A stretch of DNA of 60,700 nt from Octopus bimaculoides (lineage: Eukaryota). Both the position numbers and the translations under genes were made by a program. The DNA lies in NCBI RefSeq assembly GCF_001194135.2, contig NC_068983.1, positions 33,405,938 through 33,466,637 on the forward strand, written 5' to 3'. Below the pieces are notes generated by a model. It was not told the origin of the DNA. It searched no databases and saw only the letters and a program-made list of their open reading frames with translations. This document shows, in pieces, positions 10,679 through 23,600 of the stretch (its first letter is position 1; each line of letters begins with the position of its first letter).

Positions 10679-13619
10679 CTAGAGAAAAATAGAAATAGAA
10701 AAAGAAGATATTGAATTTGAAGTGTTATTGATAAACATTTCGGGAATATAACTGTTCATAACATTTAAACATTTCGGGAATATAATTCTTCATAATATTT
10801 AAGCATCTTTTAATTGTTACAAATGTTCAGTTTTCTCTTTCTGCTATTTCGTGATTGGCTTAAAACACCGCATGCCTTACAACATATTACGAAGTTTTGA
10901 TGGAAAGCAAAATTTCACCGAAAGAAAATTGAATATCGAAGATGAAACTAAAACGAAACAGTGAGGAGGAAAAAATCAGTCATTAATAAGTGTAATGAAT
11001 TTGAAGGGAAGAGAGAAGTTTACAATCAGTGAATACAAATATCTAAAAAAAGAACAAAAAAAAAATACAATTCATCGTTTAAATATACAGGTTAAATACA
11101 TTTTCAGATTGAAACTAAAACTCACAAGACCCACACAATTTTGATCGCAAATCCACAGTTTATAATGAGTATTTCGTTAGCTGTTTCTGAGGTCTAAACA
11201 TATGTATTCATTAATATGGACTTTGCTGTGTACCTAACCAAGCTTATTCATTCTCATCGAATAACACTTTTCTCCAGCTCTAAATTGGTATCATGTTTGG
11301 AGTAAGTGAACTGTAGAGTTTAATGAAATTTTTAGTAGACTATGAGATCTCAGTAATTTTTAAATATTTTTCACTGGGGAAGTTTATTAAGATTTGAAAG
11401 ATTTTGTTTTGTAAGGATGAAACCAGCATCTGATGTGAAATAGAATTAATCTAGAACATAGACGAGTTCTATATCTAACAAATGTGGATAAGAGTGAGAA
11501 GTGCTGACAATGACCTTAATATTTAATTTTGTACTTTGGACGAAAGTATCTCTGCTTCTCTAGTTGATTCCAGTTTCTCTGTACATCAACAAAACAAAAA
11601 AACAAACAAACAAAATAAGCAAACAAACAAAAAAGAAAAGGGAAGAAGAAAAGGGCAATATAACGTACTAGATGGCGTCAGGAGTGGGAAATATGTTATT
11701 TGAATGATTCAAAATTACTATATCAAAGATATTAAAAAACCCAGCTCTTATGTTGAATTAGGAATTCACTGTAAGAAGACGTTCATGACACTTTCTAATT
11801 GTAAATATCTTGTTGCTTCTGCGGTTTTGGAGTCCTAGCTTAGAGTTAAAATAATTCTACTACACAACCTAAGTTGGATCAACAAGTTACGTCTAAATAA
11901 AATCTCCCGGTGAAGAACATGTTACTGAAAGAGTTCAGCTTGGTGAACGTATATTTGTTGATTGCCTCCATTTTTTTATTTTCTCTTTACATCAACTTAT
12001 TCATAGATGACTTTAAAACACCTCATTTTGGCTAAATCATTAAGAATATAAATATAATTGTTCATATTTATTGTACTCGGGAGATATAAATATGGTGAAA
12101 AGTGCGTAGGTGATAGAAAACAGAAGTAACAACATACATTCATTTACTTTAACTTTAGTTGAACTTTTACCGATGTTTTACAAATATTGAAAAAAAGAAA
12201 GAGAAAAAGAAAAGAAAAGGAAAGAAAAAGCACACACTCACGCACATACCGTTCTTTTCTGAAATATAAAACTTTTTCCAATACTTTTACGCTGAACAAT
12301 GAATAATTATTTCTACCACAAAAGAAAACGTAAACTATTCTATTAGATGGAAAACAATATGAAACTGAAAATATGTCACGTGAATTAAACAGAATATATA
12401 TATANNNNNNNNNNNNNNNNNNNNNNNNNNNNNNNNNNNNNNNNNNNNNNNNNNNNNNNNNNNNNNNNNNNNNNNNNNNNNNNNNNNNNNNNNNNNNNNN
12501 NNNNNNNNNNNNNNNNNNNNNNNNNNNNNNNNNNNNNNNNNNNNNNNNNNNNNNNNNNNNNNNNNNNNNNNNNNNNNNNNNNNNNNNNNNNNNNNNNNNN
12601 NNNNNNNNNNNNNNNNNNNNNNNNNNNNNNNNNAAACAAGTATATTTTAGCATATTTTTCTGGATATACAGAGAAATGGTTGTGCACACACTACATATAC
12701 TACTGCATACATATGCGCATAACATAAATAGCAATATAACGGAATAATTTAATTGCATAAAAGATGCTTTAATAAAATATAAAAAAAAAACCTGCTGTGC
12801 TTTACCATTACTGCCAAGACTAGCAACAGAAAATTAACAACAAGAAAACTATTCTGTATCACGACTGAGGACAACAACATTTTTCGCAAGTTTCTAGTCC
12901 CATGCAGTGTCAGACATAATGAATTGATTCATATGAATAGAAGAAGCCAAACGGACTGTATAGAAAAAATATAATAACGGACTGTTGAAATATCTTGCAG
13001 GCTTCAAGCAAAAAATTATATTCATTTGACACATGAACATACAGGAACTTTTCCAAGTATTGTTCTGCACTTTATTACAACGATCTTACAGTTAAATATA
13101 GTTTGCAACAAAGTGAGATACTTTTTATGAAAATATTTTAACCAGGTTAAGATGGAAAAGTTTTACACTAACGTGATAAAAACTACAACACTCACAAAAT
13201 AGCAGAAAAAAAATCAAAAGAAAAATTAAAGCTAAAAATGATTGTATTAATATGATAATATTATTTATTGTATTCTTATGTAAGAATGTCCTACTTTCAC
13301 GGCAACTGTCCATCGCACAAAATGTTCTTTAGAAGTATTTGTATAGATACATTATAGATTTTATTACGTGTTTCTATAGACTTTTACAATGCGCGCGTGT
13401 GTGGACCTTATGTTTTGATTTATGTTTGTAACCACATACATATTGCTTTCTCTTTTATAGTTGCCAAGTCTGGAAGAAGCAGCAGTAGTCATGAACCTTA
13501 CTGGCTTTCCCAGTCTGGCAAGACTGATGCTGTTTACACTGTTACATATCAACATTTGTTCATAAGATATGAGCTGGGAGAAGATTCAAAAAGGATGTTA
13601 ATCTGAAAATGAAGGATTG

Positions 13620-14690
13620 GACATAGCATTTATAGTGGGGAGAGGAGTGGTGAGGGCTGAGTGAAAGTTGGTGAGAGGTGGAGAGACGAATAATTTTAGA
13701 GTGCGCGAGTGGTGGAGGTACGAGACTTCAATGACTTACGTTTGTGAGTTAAAGGTAGGAGTTTATTAGTGATGGAATGCCATTCAGCCGAGTAGCTCTT
13801 CCCTGGATGCGGTCCTGCATATCAGGGTGCAGAGCAGTACCGCCCCAAATGTAGGTGAAGTATTCCATTGTGGGCCTCACATAAGCCTTGAAAAGTATCA
13901 GCAGCTGTTAGGGTTGGCATTTCTTTTGGTCCTAAAAGATATATGCAGTACTAGCTATGCTTGTAGGATGCGGTACTAGCTATGCTAAGGATGTTCTTTT
14001 GCCAGAAGTGATCCTCAGTTTATTGAGGTCCTGCATCTGGAGCAGCTGCGAAGGCTCTCGCTTAGCGTCAATCAAATTTAGAGATACAGAGTTGAGGGCA
14101 TTTTTTAAATATGATTGGGGGTTGATTTTTGTTTCTGATTTTAAAAGACATTAAGTTGGCACGGCTCTATTGAAGGAAGCTCTCAATGTCTCCGTTTACG
14201 GAATCAATGTGAGTTTAGAGCATTATACTTAAATTTGCGAGAGGATGATGTATGGTTAGGAAAGCTTATAGACGAATGAAGGGCCGTGTTTTCTAATAAG
14301 GGTGGGTATTCTTCGACATGACGGTAATTTGTTCATCGAGATATTGAGGAAAGAGATTGTCCTACAGAATCTATCCCTGAAGAACACAGGAGTTGATTGA
14401 GAGTAGAGCAGAAAGAACTCCGTCAACACATGTTGCAATAATGCGATTTGAGAGGAAGCTTCTGATCCAAAAGGTGACAAATGGATGGGACCCATAGACA
14501 GTTAGTTTGAAAGAAATTTGCATGTCAGGTACAGTTGCGATTCCCTTGAGGAGAAACATCGTTATTGCAGGACATCTTCAGAACAAGAACCCACCGGTGA
14601 GTGATATAAGAGAGGGTCCCAGTGGATCTGACTCTACGGAAGACAAACTGGTAGTTATTGAGGAGAGACAGGGATTCTAGACCTACAGTT
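13620..14690 (-). mobile_element. Decayed non-LTR retrotransposon (Jockey/CR1-like reverse transcriptase 3' part)
   Basis: Broken frames give LESLSLLNNYQFVFRRVRSTG.LSYITHRW (compare QYGFR..RSTG) and KLTVYGSHPFVTFWIRSFLSNRIIATCVDGVLS...INSCVLQG (compare RT domain 4 VPQG); many stops and frameshifts. Confidence 0.8.
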
Positions 14691-14778
14691 TTATATATAG
14701 GTTGTCATATTTACAGTTGCAATCCTAGATAATTTATGTCTGAGTAAATAACATAGTCCATTTGCGAATATACAGTTC

Positions 14779-14819
<41 letters not shown>

Positions 14820-15141
14820 GTAATAGAGTCAAAATTAAAAGAAGAGTGCCATTTTCTATCTCGTGAACAATATTTCGACATCTTGCGTGTCTTCCATTGG
14901 TTCAAAAAATAAATTTGTCAATCTACTTCATTTTGGTTAATATAGAAAGGATTGANNNNNNNNNNNNNNNNNNNNNNNNNNNATAAAGTCAAAATTAAAA
15001 GAAGAGTGCCATTTGCTATCTCGTGAACAATATTTCGACATCTTGCGTGTCTTCCACTGGTTGAAAAAATAAATTTGTCAATTTTTTTTCTTTTAATTTT
15101 GACTCTATATCTTCAGGAGGAGTTACCTCAATCCTTTCTAT

Positions 15142-15224
<83 letters not shown>

Positions 15225-15473
15225 TAACACAATCGAAAAATATCATAGGAATGGGAACCCAAGTTCGAAATTTCCACAAGACACCTGATGAATACTGTGG
15301 AAGGTACATCAGCTGAAACTTTGTGTTAACAATAAACAAGTTGAGGACAAATATCCGTCAAATGTAAATAATGTACATTTGCGAATATGTTTAAACGTAG
15401 ATCTCTTTTCTATCATTACTGATAATGAGCTAAAGAAACACAACAGTATTAACTTCAATGATACATATCTTAC

Positions 15474-15597
15474 CTGCCCGTCCATTCTCCAATCCTAATA
15501 TATTTATATTCAATATCATCTTTTTGATACTGGTAAACATCATAGCGACCTGGTCCATCGCCTTTTTCATTAAACTCTACTGTTTCATCAGCGATAC
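15474..15597 (-). CDS. GRM: mGluR-like gene, coding exon d: (G)[40 protein letters not shown](S)
   Basis: Not in the ORF track. Acceptor cattgcag|GT and donor AG|gtaaga; 124 nt, phase 1-2. Matches the V.FN..GD.PGRYD..QYQ...IG.W motif at the end of the Venus-flytrap domain. Confidence 0.95.
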
Positions 15598-15649
15598 CTG
15601 CAATGGATTATAAATTTAAAAAGTTATATATATATATTTATATGTATAT

Positions 15650-16790
15650 GGCAGTAAGATATCATCCGGTGTTGCTCTAGAAATAAACGGAGATTGATAT
15701 ATTAAAAAAAAAAAAAATGAATTGTCATGGTAATTCTGCATAAGTATCTTATTTGAAACATTACGCTTATATTCCTTGTAACAAATATACATAGTTCAAT
15801 AGATACTTACCTACAGCAAAACACAGAGAGACAATTCTTAGCGAAAGGCACCATGAAAAACTAAAACCAGCATTACAAGTTTTGTTTTTTTCACCTTGAG
15901 CATTGTCATGAAAACTATTCTCACTTTCAGCATCTAAGCAACCAATGAATTGCTTTTCATGAGAGGAGCAGGTCCTTTCCAAATACTCCTCGGCTACTTT
16001 CAGCATTCGGCCTTGCGTTACATTGACGTCCATTGCGAACACTAAGCGTATGGCGATATGGAGTATTTTTAAGTGAAATAGTAAATCAGCAGGAATTCTA
16101 AGGATTATCACAATGAATATATTTTCTCCTTTACTACACTCACCAGATATAGTAGTCTTCAAAATTCTTATTACATAGTCATGGCGGATTTAAGTTACAA
16201 AGAAGTTTGATGGGAGTGCTTATCTCGAAGCAATATAGTGGAATTCTTGAAGGTTCTATTAAATCTAGACACTTCTTGACGTCGATTAGGAACTGTATGG
16301 AATGACTTAAAGTCGTAATTCTTACAAAGTAAACACTACAAAAGTGTTTGTTGATGACCTTATTAATAGCATTGACTTTGGAGCTAGTAGCAAGTTTCAA
16401 GCAATCATCTGTATTTCTGATAGTTTTCAGAAACAATCAAGAAGATCATTTCTTTCAGTTCACTAAAAGATGATTTTGTTGGTGTCATATCAACTCTGTC
16501 TTGTGCTTCTGGTTTGAATTTATTATTGACTACTTGTAGAAATTTGTAAATTTCCATGTAGATGAGTCTCATATTAGCAGATAAAAGTAATTTTGTTACC
16601 ATTTTTTCAAGGATACAAAGACTTTAAACAAAATTTAAGTCCATCTGTTGGATGACAGCGATTGTCTGAAATCATTTACTTCTATTATATTTCCTGTTTC
16701 CAGAAAAATGCCACAATTTTTCTTTCATATTTGAACGCAATTGAACGTGGTGTCATTTGAAGTAGATGCAGTTGAAACCATGGGAAAGAA
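15650..16790 (-). mobile_element. Helitron remnant: PIF1-type helicase C-terminal half, pseudogenised
   Basis: Fragments DFRQSL (compare GDFRQ), VTKLLLSANMR, IEPSRIPLYCFEISTPIKLLCNLNPP (compare LEPPGLP...GAPIMLLRNL.PP) and AIRLVFAMDVNVTQGRML...CSSHEKQFIG (compare PVRLAFAMTINKSQGQTL...CFSHGQLYVG) occur in the correct order. Confidence 0.82.
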
Positions 16791-16832
16791 GAGCAACAAA
16801 GCTTTAACGGTTTCTGAAATACGGATTTTAAA

Positions 16833-18268
16833 TCTTGGTACAAGGCCAGTAATTCAGGATGAGGGAGTAAGTCGATAACATCTACCCTACTGCTCAACTG
16901 GTATTTATGAGGTGGTATCAAAAAGTTCTCGGACCAGTTCTGTTGCGCACCAACAGATGGAAGCATACGGCAGCGTGCGTAATGAGAGCTAGCAGTGACC
17001 CTCATAACGCAGTGTGCCGAGTGACATCGCTGTGTTTACTTCACAAGTTGTAAAATTTGTGTTTTTGTAATCACGTGTATGCTGTAGTCTGTGATTTTTT
17101 CATGGACAATAAGTTAGAACAAAGAACCAGCGTGAAAGTTTGCGCTAAACTTGGGAAGTCTGCTACTGAGACATTGAGCATGTTTCGGTAAGCTTACGGC
17201 GACGAGGCAATGGGTCGTACGCAATGTTCCGAGTGACACAAGTGCTTCAAAAGCTGAAGAACGTCCCTGGAAGTCGAAGAGCGATCTGGAAGACCTGCCA
17301 CGAGCGTCATCTTTGGAACTGTGGAGAAAATTCATCAGCTTGTGCATGCAAATCGCCGGAAGACAATCAACGACGTTGTTGATGTAGTTGGTCTGTCATA
17401 TGAGTGCGTGTGGGCAATCCTAACGTCTGAATTGAACATGCGGCGTGTCTTCCCAAGTTTGTCCTTCGTCTGCTGACCACTGATCAGAAAGAACATCACG
17501 TCGAAGACTGGAAAGATCTCCGTCAGCGTGCCGCTGATGGCCCATCTTTCATATCGAGGATCATCACCGATGACGAGAGGTGGGTTTACGGGTACGAGCC
17601 TGAGACGAAGAAGTAGCTGTCACAATGGAAGAGGTCTTCATCTTCATGAGTGAAGAAAGCATGATAGAGCCGCAGCTCAATGAAGAGCATGTTCATCGTT
17701 GTTTTCGACATCCGCGGTATTATACATCTAGAATTCGTCTCCCAGGGCCAGAAGCTCAATCGAGCGTTCTACTGCGACGTTTTGAAGCGTTTGAGGGAGG
17801 ACATTCAGTGAAAGTGACCGGATCTGTAGAGCACGAAGAATTGGATTCTTCAAGACGACAATGCACCCTACCCCCGAGCTCTCCTCATTCGTGAGTTTCG
17901 TACCAAAAGCTCAGAGGTCGCCGTTCTAACATCGTCCTCGAAGTCCAGAGCGAATCACAGAAGGTCTCCGACTCACTTACGCAAAAAGACTTCTAGGTCG
18001 GGTTTCAAATGTAGCAGGAACGCTGGGACCGGTGTCTTGCTGCGTCAAGTGACTTTTTCGAAGGAAATGATGTCAAAACTCAAGTAAATAAGTTATTTTT
18101 TGATTAAATATAAATAGGCCGGGAACGTTTTGATACCACCTCGTACTTTATCGACCCCAAAAGGATAAGAGGTAAAGTCGACGACGGTGGAATTTGAACT
18201 GAGAACGTAAAGATGGACAAAATGCTGCTAAGTATTTTATCTGACACGATAACGATTCGGCTAGCCTT
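16833..18268 (-). mobile_element. SINE family C split by a mariner (C pieces about 16833-16907 and 18144-18268)
   Basis: The left flank ...tgctcaactggtattTA and right flank TActttatcgacccc... join into the family C sequence seen at 23455-23490. Confidence 0.8.
16908..18143 (+). mobile_element. Near full-length mariner (Tc1/mariner) DNA transposon, 1236 bp; transposase pseudogene from ATG 17102
   Basis: TIRs TA|tgaggtggtatcaaaaagttctcgg ... ccgggaacgttttgataccacctcg|TA with TA duplication. Translation MDNKLEQRTSVKVCAKLGKSATETLSMFR*AYGDEAM...ERSGRP, RIITDDERWVYGYEPETK and DDNAP, with multiple stops. Confidence 0.93.
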
Positions 18269-19612
18269 AATGATTTCTGAAATATTCTTAAATAATATTT
18301 GTTTACGAATATCAAAGAATTAAATGAAACACACTGAAGCTTTACAGATCGATAAAAATGTTGGAGCAACAGTCAGATGAAGACTAATAGTATATACATG
18401 ATTTTCTGGGTATTGTTCTTGTAGTCTGTTTTCAGATAACACACCATATACGAATAAATTCACATACGCACACGCACACACTAACACACACACACACATA
18501 CACACACAGACACAGACATACACACAGACACACAGACACAGACACGTACACAGACACACACACACAGACACACACACAGACACACACACACACACACACA
18601 CACTCACACACACACACACTCACGCACAATTTTATGTTGATAAAAAATAATATTTATGTGAAGCATAAGTATCTATGAATCAGACACGCCATCGTTTATC
18701 AGCCAGTAAATAACAAAAATTAACCATTTTCTCCGAAAGTGTCTTCTTTTTAACAAGGACTTTCTTGACCTACAGTTCCATCAGCCATAGGTTTGTTTGC
18801 TATCAAATCTGTGTGGTAAACAGATTTACTACACAGCTTGCCTAATACAAATATTCTTGATTTTGTTAATTCTTACACCAAAACTGATTTATAAGACTAG
18901 ATTTTGACTTAGTACAAAACTCTCATTTACCGTTTCTGCATTTCGAATAATAATCAGGAAACACTTGAGACATGCCAGGTAAGCTTCCTCCAGATATTAA
19001 ACATTTAAACAGGATTGTACTGCATTACTAAATGAACCAAGAGGAGGTCACTTAATTTTGACTGCAGAGAAATGCAATGAGAGAAGATGGAAATTTACAG
19101 CTAAGCTAAGAGTTAGCCGTAAGGTGGCGCTTGACCGTGTCAAAAAGTGAATATTTTGTGCTGATGTTCCTGGCCTTCTCAGAAAACAGCAAGGAAATGG
19201 CAAATCGAAATGGAGAAAAAAATGTTGGTATGAAAGATTTCATAGTCTGGGTTCTGCTGTAATATATTATCCCATTGTATGTTGACAGATTAGTTTGGTC
19301 CACGGCTTCTTATTCAGTGTTATCGAAGAAAAACTTTTTCTGTTAGATTTGCGATCTGCTACCCAAGAGACGAGCAACTCAGCTGATCCAATTTGAAACT
19401 GAACTTCTCACAATAAATAGAATCATTAATTTAGATTTGCTGAGATATAGTGAAATAAGTCTATTTCACTGACACACACTCAATAACACACTATACATAT
19501 TTCTAACATAACTCTGTATTAAAAACTAAAAATGTTAGTGGCTATGTGTGCGTCTGAATTACTAAAGGCAATTTAAATGAGTACACACAAACACACATAT
19601 GCACATAATATG

Positions 19613-19658
<46 letters not shown>

Positions 19659-20529
19659 AACACACAATACACACACACACACACACACACATTGCAATTA
19701 TGTGTGCAAGAATGTATGTGCGTGTGTCTAAAAAGGCAACACTGCAGGAAGCTAACAAAGCACTCATTATTTTTACTCTCTGTAGAGTTTGAAATTGTTC
19801 CTATTCTGTGGTACCAATTTACAGCTAGGTGATCTAAAGCATTTACAATATAATACTTTCATGATAACTTCAACGCTATACGAAAAATAGCATACGAACA
19901 GTCTTGACTGGAAATCGTTTTGACTGGAAATCCGCCAGCCGAGTTACTCAGTTGAACGACACTGATTCTGTGTTTAAAATACAGCTCCTTTTTCTAGTTG
20001 ATGAACATGCAAAGTTACTTGAGCATAGAAAATACCTTGTCCCACCTCTCTGCGTACAGAGTTTAAATTGTACTAAGCTGCTTACCCACACTTGGATTGA
20101 TGGGATAATAAATACATCTGATTAAAGTTTTTGAGTGCCTATTCTTTGTGTACTGAGTTCTTGAGGGGAAGACAATCCCTCGCTCGGTTTAATATCCCTA
20201 CTTTATGTTTTGGGTGTCTTTCCTTAATCAATTGTTTGAAGGTAATTTCTTCCTTTCCTCCAAATCAGTTTTGAAAATATAAAGGATCAAAAGAGTTATT
20301 CTTCCTTCCCAGACTAAAAGATAAAAAAAATTGCCAAATTTTTCTCCGAAAGTTTGTAAAGGAATGTGTGTGTTCGTTGGATATAAACTTTACAGAGAAG
20401 ATATGAAGATATGAGAAACCTATCAGCATCAGAAATTTTGGGACAGATTTCTTTTCGTAATCAGCAATATGATAATGTTTATGAATTTATAAGTAACAAG
20501 TGAAACGAATATGAACCTATAAGACATTC

Positions 20530-20700
20530 ATTGCAGCCAAATCACCCTCAAATTAAAAACTCCCTTCTTAAAAGTAGAAACGCATACCAGATAATGAAAA
20601 GGATAATGTAGTGATAATTCACATATGTGTGAAAAAGGGGAAGGTCACAACCGGAAAGTCATTGTTCTTAGAGAGTCTCGATCAAGTTTGATAACAACAA
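20530..20700 (+). mobile_element. Short interspersed repeat, family D
   Basis: gcagccaaatcaccctcaaat...ggataatgtag...acaacaa; opposite orientation to the 3125 copy. Confidence 0.55.
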
Positions 20701-21329
20701 TTAAAGACTTAAGAAATTAAATAAATTAAAATATGCAAGAGTAAAGCAATTAGCCAATTACTCTATCAACGTATCCATTTAATAAAAATAATGACATCTC
20801 AGGCGATTAAGAACTTATCAGAAGCAGACATTCCGAATCCAAACTGTCTGTTCGCCTTCGGTTGTAAGAATTAAGAAACCTGAAAATAAATAGGATTAGC
20901 GCTTGCAAATTTAATTGAGAGAATCAGGCAACCACAAGTCAGCGAGTGAAGTGAGCAACTGTTGAACAGAGGATTATGACTAAACAGTGTCGATTGGAAA
21001 TTTTCGATAGCTCAGGATTAATTATTTCTGAATATCATCGAACCACAATCAATCGCTAAAAGCATGCACTCACATTTCTACTGTTGATTTTTGCAAGTAT
21101 TTCGTCTAATATTTTCCCAGCGACAATGATTTGTATAAGTAACACTAAGCGATATGCTGACACATACAGTGGCACACTAGCAAACAAAAGCACACAAGTA
21201 TAGTGTATGGGCGTGCGTGTAAACATATATGCATAGATACATACATACATACATACATACATACCTACATACACATATGTATGTATATATGTATGCATGC
21301 ATCTATATATACCGTACTAAATTATGAGC

Positions 21330-21690
21330 AACGTGGAACTATAGTTACTCACAATCACTCCAAATGCCAAAAGTCAGAGACTCACTGTATCCATACCCAG
21401 GGAAGCAAGGCATTCAGAGTGTGGTAGATACCTGATGGATGGGATTCGCTTGGCTGCACGGCTCTGACCAGTTTCCAAGAGGTCGATGTCCTAAGTAAGA
21501 TAGGGGTTGCAGACTGGTGATGCAAGTTCCAAGTGTGGCCGCATCATAACCATACAGAGCTGCTGACAAAGGTCTTATTGAATGATGCCTAGACACCCTC
21601 GGCCTTCTGACAACTCTAGAGATGTGCTGTGTCCAGCGCAAATCTCTGCTGACAGTAATGCTCAGGACACCTCCACAAGAAGATTTTTTT
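21330..21690 (-). mobile_element. CR1/L2-type LINE fragment (region downstream of the RT core)
   Basis: Frameshifted DLRWTQHISRVVR..., MRPHLELASPVCNPYL, DIDLLE..QSRAAKRIPSIRYLPHSECLASLGMD, following the usual RPHLE.ASPVW.PYL..DI..LE.VQRRATK pattern. Confidence 0.72.
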
Positions 21691-21725
21691 ATTTTAGTAT
21701 TGTGGAGAGAGTATGTGGACGCTGG

Positions 21726-21871
21726 GTAACATAGCGGTTCGGCAAAAGAGTCCGATGGAATAAGTACTAGGCTTACAAAGAATAAGCCCTAGGGTCGATT
21801 TCTTCGACTAAAAGAAACACTAAGGAGGCGGTGCTCCAGCGTCGCCGCAGTCAAATGACTGAAACAAGTAA

Positions 21872-21874
<3 letters not shown>
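21726..21874 (+). mobile_element. SINE family A, 3' fragment
   Basis: gtaacatagcggttcggcaaaagag...gcagtcaaatgactgaaacaagtaaaa. Confidence 0.8.
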
Positions 21875-21918
<44 letters not shown>

Positions 21919-22667
21919 NNNNNNNNNNNNNNNNNNNNNNNNNNNNNNNNNNNNNNNNNNNNNNNNNNNNNNNNNNNNNNNNNNNNNNNNNNNNNNNNNN
22001 NNNNNNNNNNNNNNNNNNNNNNNNNNNNNNNNNNNNNNNNNNNNNNNNNNNNNNNNNNNNNNNNNNNNNNNNNNNNNNNNNNNNNNNNNNNNNNNNNNNN
22101 NNNNNNNNNNNNNNNNNNNNNNNNNNNNNNNNNNNNNNNNNNNNNNNNNNNNNNNNNNNNNNNNNNNNNNNNNNNNNNNNNNNNNNNNNNNNNNNNNNNN
22201 NNNNNNNNNNNNNNNNNNNNNNNNNNNNNNNNNNNNNNNNNNNNNNNNNNNNNNNNNNNNNNNNNNNNNNNNNNNNNNNNNNNNNNNNNNNNNNNNNNNN
22301 NNNNNNNNNNNNNNNNNNNNNNNNNNNNNNNNNNNNNNNNNNNNNNNNNNNNNNNNNNNNNNNNNNNNNNNNNNNNNNNNNNNNNNNNNNNNNNNNNNNN
22401 NNNNNNNNNNNNNNNNNNNNNNNNNNNNNNNNNNNNNNNNNNNNNNNNNNNNNNNNNNNNNNNNNNNNNNNNNNNNNNNNNNNNNNNNNNNNNNNNNNNN
22501 NNNNNNNNNNNNNTTCTTCTTCTTCTTCTTCTTCTTCTTTCGACTATTTCGCAGTCATTCACCTCATCTTATTTTATCAAGAAACCATCTCCAATAAATG
22601 TCTCAACGCTAAGAACCCATTGAAAATCTTTTATAGCTACGTTTGAGCTCCTTAACTGTATTTGTTC

Positions 22668-22880
22668 AAGGCAGCAAGCTGACAGGATTGTTATCACGCA
22701 GGATAAAAATTGCTTAGTGGCATTTCTTCCGACTTAACGTTCTGTGTTCAAATTTCGCCGAGATCATCTTTGCTTTCACCCTTTCGGAGTTGATAAAATA
22801 AGTACCAGTTGACCACTGTAATTGATGTAATCAACATACGCCCAATACCCTCGAAATTGCTGGACTTGTGTCAAAATTTG
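22668..22880 (+). mobile_element. SINE family C
   Basis: Homologous to 6573-6750, with tail aaattgctggacttgtgtcaaaatttgaaa. Confidence 0.78.
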
Positions 22881-23260
22881 AAACTAATATGATTTGTCCA
22901 CTTCAGTTAGCCTAGTGGCAAACGATTCTCTTGTCACCCAACTCATTTCTGTTGGCATCATATTTAACTGAAAGATAATTTACATTGTTGAAGCCTCTTT
23001 AATCATTTATCGTCCAATAACAAGAAATATAATTTCTCAGCTTCTTATATCACTGATAAGAGTTGTTTTGACTTCTTTCCTCTTTTGTAGGAGTGTACTC
23101 TGGTTGTTAGAATACGTTGCGGTAACAACTGATGAAAAGGAACACTTATTTCCTCAATATTAAATATAAATTTCTCACGAAGAAATAATTTTAATTCCAC
23201 TTTATTTTTGTACTTAATCCCTTGTTTGTATTGAAACACATATTGTATTATCGTGTCTGT

Positions 23261-23291
<31 letters not shown>

Positions 23292-23407
23292 CTTTAACAT
23301 CAAAATATTTTTGGGCGTCGAAAATCAGTGTGTGATAGAAAGTGATAGCAATGTAGATAATTAAATGTGATAGCAATGCAGATTATCAAATATATAAACA
23401 AAATTAC

Positions 23408-23600
23408 GACAATATTGGTTTCAAATTTTGGCCCAAGACCAGCAACATCGACACGCAGTGCTCAACTGGTACTTATTTTATCGACCCTGAAAAGACGAAA
23501 GGTAAAGTTGATCTCGGCCGAATTTGAACTCACAAAGCGAAAGCGGACAAAATGCCGTTTAGCATTTCTAGCTCCGAGTCAACGATTCTATCAGCGCGCC
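23408..23600 (-). mobile_element. SINE family C
   Basis: Reverse-complement match to the 6573 and 22668 copies. Confidence 0.75.
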
